From positions 64,001-128,000 of the forward strand of contig CBDAOI010000003.1 of NCBI GenBank assembly GCA_965198005.1: a stretch of 64,000 nucleotides of DNA, written 5' to 3'. The translations under genes and the position numbers were made by a program. Shown here piece by piece: positions 60,875 through 64,000 of this stretch (the stretch's first letter is position 1; each line of letters starts with the position of its first letter). Origin of the DNA: Spirochaetia bacterium. GTDB lineage: Bacteria; Spirochaetota; Spirochaetia; SZUA-6; Bin103. The notes under the pieces were generated by a model. The model made no database searches. It was not told where the DNA came from and saw nothing but the letters and a program-made list of their open reading frames with translations.

Positions 60875-62475
60875 GCTGCCGCCGCCCGCGGGGACACCGC
60901 ATACAGCAGCATCTCGTGCTCTCCCAGCTCGGGGTCGCACGCGGCCAGCAGCGCCGGCACCAGATCGGGCCCGTACTGCGCCAGGAAGTGCGCCAGCGGC
61001 AGGATCCGCTCCTGCGGCCGGCCGCGCGGCCAGACCAGGTCGCGCAGCCGCTGCAGCTCGCGCCGGCCGGCGCCGCGCCGGCTCATCAGGGCGCGCGCGG
61101 TGCGTTCCTCCAGGCGCTCCACCGCCCGCTCGGCGTGGCCCAGGCTGCGGCGCCAGGTGTGGACCAGACTGGGGTCCGCGGCCGTGACCGGTTCCTCCAG
61201 CGGCGCCCACAGCGCCTGCAGACTGCCGCGCAGATGGCCGAACGGAGCACGCGCGCCGGCCGGAATCGCGGCGTCGAACGCCGCGCGCACGGAAAACCCG
61301 GGCCCCACGAGCTGGCCGGGGGCCAGACCGTAGGTCGCCAGGGTCGCGCCGGCGGTGGCCGGCAGCAGCGTATAGCTGCGCCGCGGCACCACCAGCGGCT
61401 GCGGGACGCCGAACAGCTCGTAGACGCCCTTGAGCGCGGCGTGGTAGGCCACCTCGCCGGGGCCGAGGACGGTGGCCACCGACGGCAACGCCTGGTCGGC
61501 CAGCACCGGGCGCAGCGTCGCGTCGGTGGACAGCTTCGTGCCCGGGGGCGGCTGCTCGCCGGCCGCGAGCCGCACGCGCCGGCCGGCCGCGTACCGGAAC
61601 AGGGTTCCGGCCCGTTCCGGATCGACCGGCATCGGGTACCCGCCGGCGCCGAGCGCCGCCCCGGCGCGCTGCAGGACGGCGCGCACCTGGGGACCGGCCG
61701 CCAGCGCGCGCCGGAAGAAGTCGGGGTACAGCGGCCGCAGCACGTGCGGCTCCACCAGCACCAGTCCGCGCTCTCCGAACAGCCGCGCCAGCGTCGCCGC
61801 AAGCGCGTGCGCAAAGCCGGTCCCGCCCAGGGCGAACGCCGCGCGCGCGTAGGCGGTAAAGGCACTGGCGGGCTGGCGCTGGAAGAACTCCTCGGCCGCG
61901 CCGGTGACGGCCGTCACCGGCAGGTCGCTGATCGAGCGTCCCTCCTCCTCCCAGGTGAAGCGCACGCGGCGCACGCTGCCGTCACCGGCCAGGTAGTGGG
62001 CGTGGTTGATCTCGCCCAGGTCGTGGTCCTCGGAGGCCAGCCAGAACACCGGCACGCAACGCCGCCCGAGCTGCTCCTGATAGCGCTCGGCCAGCCGGAT
62101 CGCGCTGATAATCTTGTACAGGGTGTAGCCGGGACCACCCATGAAGCCGGCCTGCTGGCCGGTGTGGACGCAACAGCAGTCGGGCTCGGCCAGCGCCCCC
62201 GCCCCCTCCACCGCGGCCGGCGGCGCCCCCAGGGAACGGTTGTAGGCGGTCAGGGCGGCGGCCAGCGCGCGCCGCGCGTCGCCGGCCGCACCGCGCACGC
62301 CGCCGGCAGCCCACCGTACGCGCGCGGCCGCCGCCACGCTGCCCGCCGGATGGGTGAAGTAGCGATCGGCCCGCCCCGCCAGATAGTCGAGGTAGAAGCG
62401 GCTCTCCCCGTATACCCGGCTCAACGGGACGCGGTGGGATTCGGTCAAGCGCACGGGTTCAACCTGCGCCCGCAC
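60865..62475 (-). CDS. bshC: Bacillithiol cysteine-adding enzyme
   Basis: TGQQAG..GGP.YTLYK, PVFWLASEDHD, GPGEVAY, PQER. Confidence 0.93.
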   Translation of the reverse strand: MRAQVEPVRLTESHRVPLSRVYGESRFYLDYLAGRADRYFTHPAGSVAAAARVRWAAGGVRGAAGDARRALAAALTAYNRSLGAPPAAVEGAGALAEPDCCCVHTGQQAGFMGGPGYTLYKIISAIRLAERYQEQLGRRCVPVFWLASEDHDLGEINHAHYLAGDGSVRRVRFTWEEEGRSISDLPVTAVTGAAEEFFQRQPASAFTAYARAAFALGGTGFAHALAATLARLFGERGLVLVEPHVLRPLYPDFFRRALAAGPQVRAVLQRAGAALGAGGYPMPVDPERAGTLFRYAAGRRVRLAAGEQPPPGTKLSTDATLRPVLADQALPSVATVLGPGEVAYHAALKGVYELFGVPQPLVVPRRSYTLLPATAGATLATYGLAPGQLVGPGFSVRAAFDAAIPAGARAPFGHLRGSLQALWAPLEEPVTAADPSLVHTWRRSLGHAERAVERLEERTARALMSRRGAGRRELQRLRDLVWPRGRPQERILPLAHFLAQYGPDLVPALLAACDPELGEHEMLLYAVSPRAAAACA

Positions 62476-62499
62476 ACCGAGCGCCCGGATCGACCCCGA

Positions 62500-62811
62500 T
62501 CAACCGGGCAGGCGCGAATGGGTGCCGTCGCAGAACGGTTGGTTGTCAGTCCGCTTGCACTGACACAGCGCGTAGTTGCGTTGCTCCTCCACGGTGAACC
62601 GGAGCGGCTCGAACGGCGTATCCCGGTGCGATCCGTCGCAATACGGTTGGTTCGCGGAGTGGCCGCAGCGGCACCACCAGTAGCTGCCCGGCTCCAGCTC
62701 GAGCACGGCCGGCATGCGTGCGGCGATCTGCGCCTGCTCCCGACTCGCATCATTCATCGTCGTGTGGTTACTCCCGCGCAGACTGTACCGAACAAGGCCG
62801 TCGGACTGCAA
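62500..62811 (-). CDS. CDGSH iron-sulfur protein (two domains)
   Basis: [14 protein letters not shown] and CQCK...QPFCDGTH. Confidence 0.92.
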   Translation of the reverse strand: MQSDGLVRYSLRGSNHTTMNDASREQAQIAARMPAVLELEPGSYWWCRCGHSANQPYCDGSHRDTPFEPLRFTVEEQRNYALCQCKRTDNQPFCDGTHSRLPG

Positions 62812-62992
62812 ACGAGGTGCAAACGCGGGGAGCGCGGTTGACTTTTGGCGCCCGAAATCTACATTTAAGGAGTCGGGTAAGGAGTCGGGTTCGCGCTGAG
62901 GAGCGGCCCCTCACATCTCCGCATGTCATCGCCCGCCGCGCCCACCGGATGGCCGCGACGCGGCTGGTGGGGCGGGTATGCTCGGAACAGTC

Positions 62993-64000
62993 ATGCTCAT
63001 ATTTGCACCGAAGGAAACCGAGGCACAGGAACCGCGCGCAGCGGTCACTCCGGAGACCGCGGCCAAGCTCGCCAAGCTGGGAGCCACGGTCGCGGTGGAG
63101 CCGGGGGTCGGCGCCGGCGCCAACTTCATCGACGCCGCCTACGAAAGCGCGGGCGCCGCCTTGCGCGCCGACCGGGCCGCGGCGCTGGGCGAGGCCGACC
63201 TCGTGCTGCGCGTGCGCAAGCCGCCGGCCTCCGAGGTAGGCCTGCTCAAGCAGGGCGCCATCCACGTCAGCTTCCTCGACCCGTTCAATGAGCCGGCGCT
63301 GGTGCAGCAGTTGGCCGCGCAGGGGGTGAGCGCGATCAGCATGGAGCTGGTGCCGCGCTCCACGCGCGCGCAGAAGCTGGACGCGTTGAGCTCGCAGCAC
63401 AGCATCGCCGGCTACTCCATGGTGCTGATGGCCGCCGATCATCTGAAGACGATTCTGCCGATGATGGTCACGCCGTCGGGCACGCTGCAGCCGGCGCGCG
63501 TGTTCGTGATCGGCGCCGGGGTGGCGGGCCTGCAGGCGATCGCCACCGCCAAGCGGCTCGGCGCCCGGGTCGAGGCGTTCGACACCCGGCCGGAGGTGTC
63601 CGAGCAGGTGGAGTCGCTCGGCGCCCGGTTCGTCAAGGTGGACCTCGGCGAGACCGGCCAGACCGAGCGAGGGTACGCCAAGGCCCTCACCCCCGAGCAG
63701 CTCGACAAGCAGCGCGCGGCGATGGCCGCTCGCTGCGCCCAGTCCGACATCGTCATCACCACCGCGCAGCTGTTCGGGCGCAAGGCGCCGGTGGTGGTCA
63801 CCGGCGACATGGTGCGGCGCATGCAGCCGGGCAGCATCATCGTCGACTACGCGGTCGAGTCCGGAGGCAACGTCGAGGGCTCGGTCGCCGGCGAGAACGT
63901 CGACCTGGGCGGAGTGCTGATCATCGGCTACCGCAACATTCCGGGGCGGCTGGCCACCTCCGCCAGCCAGATGTACGCCAACAACCTGTACAATTTCGTC
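62993..64000 (+). CDS. pntA: NAD(P) transhydrogenase subunit alpha, runs off window end (not in ORF track)
   Basis: MLIFAPKET...RAAVTPET, RAQKLDALSSQ, VIGAGVAGLQAIATAKRLGA, DIVITTAQLFGR. Confidence 0.95.
   Translation, partial: MLIFAPKETEAQEPRAAVTPETAAKLAKLGATVAVEPGVGAGANFIDAAYESAGAALRADRAAALGEADLVLRVRKPPASEVGLLKQGAIHVSFLDPFNEPALVQQLAAQGVSAISMELVPRSTRAQKLDALSSQHSIAGYSMVLMAADHLKTILPMMVTPSGTLQPARVFVIGAGVAGLQAIATAKRLGARVEAFDTRPEVSEQVESLGARFVKVDLGETGQTERGYAKALTPEQLDKQRAAMAARCAQSDIVITTAQLFGRKAPVVVTGDMVRRMQPGSIIVDYAVESGGNVEGSVAGENVDLGGVLIIGYRNIPGRLATSASQMYANNLYNFV

Noticed and set aside
31061-63840. Long antisense/alternate-frame ORFs (e.g. 33082-34818, 46418-48523, 52442-54526, 60916-62841)
   Set aside because: Shadow ORFs of high-GC housekeeping genes with no motifs.
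1-64000. tRNA/rRNA genes or prophage
   Set aside because: None recognised; no phage structural genes.

Overview
This is a high-GC bacterial window in two halves. The taxon is not determinable from sequence alone; the TatT-type TRAP transporter and the style of the accessory genes suggest, by inference only, a spirochaete-like host-associated organism. The first half (1-31.3 kb) is a defence/toxin-antitoxin-rich variable island. It holds two IS elements (IS630, ISAzo13), a truncated nuclease-STAND (Avs-like) gene, a Septu-like ATPase+HNH pair and an M.EcoRV-like methyltransferase. It also holds a TIGR04255-like/antitoxin-like/ART-like triad and three copies of a heptad-VNTR coiled-coil gene. 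The island is built from diverged tandem copies of the same blocks, eroded by microhomology deletions and glued to scraps of host genes. The second half (31.4-64 kb) is a housekeeping backbone: acyltransferase, pyrG, purA, nudC, aroA, serC, a TRAP-T transporter, argA, proCAB, a desaturase, hemL, hemC, bshA, bshC, a CDGSH protein and pntA. Lower-GC cargo genes sit in its intergenic slots. The most striking signal is at 37.65-37.77 kb, where a nudC 3' tip is fused through an 8-bp microhomology to a purA 3' tip. Two alternative alleles of one intergenic slot, each with different cargo, appear stacked in tandem without any integrase in the window. The same logic appears to have built the large island.
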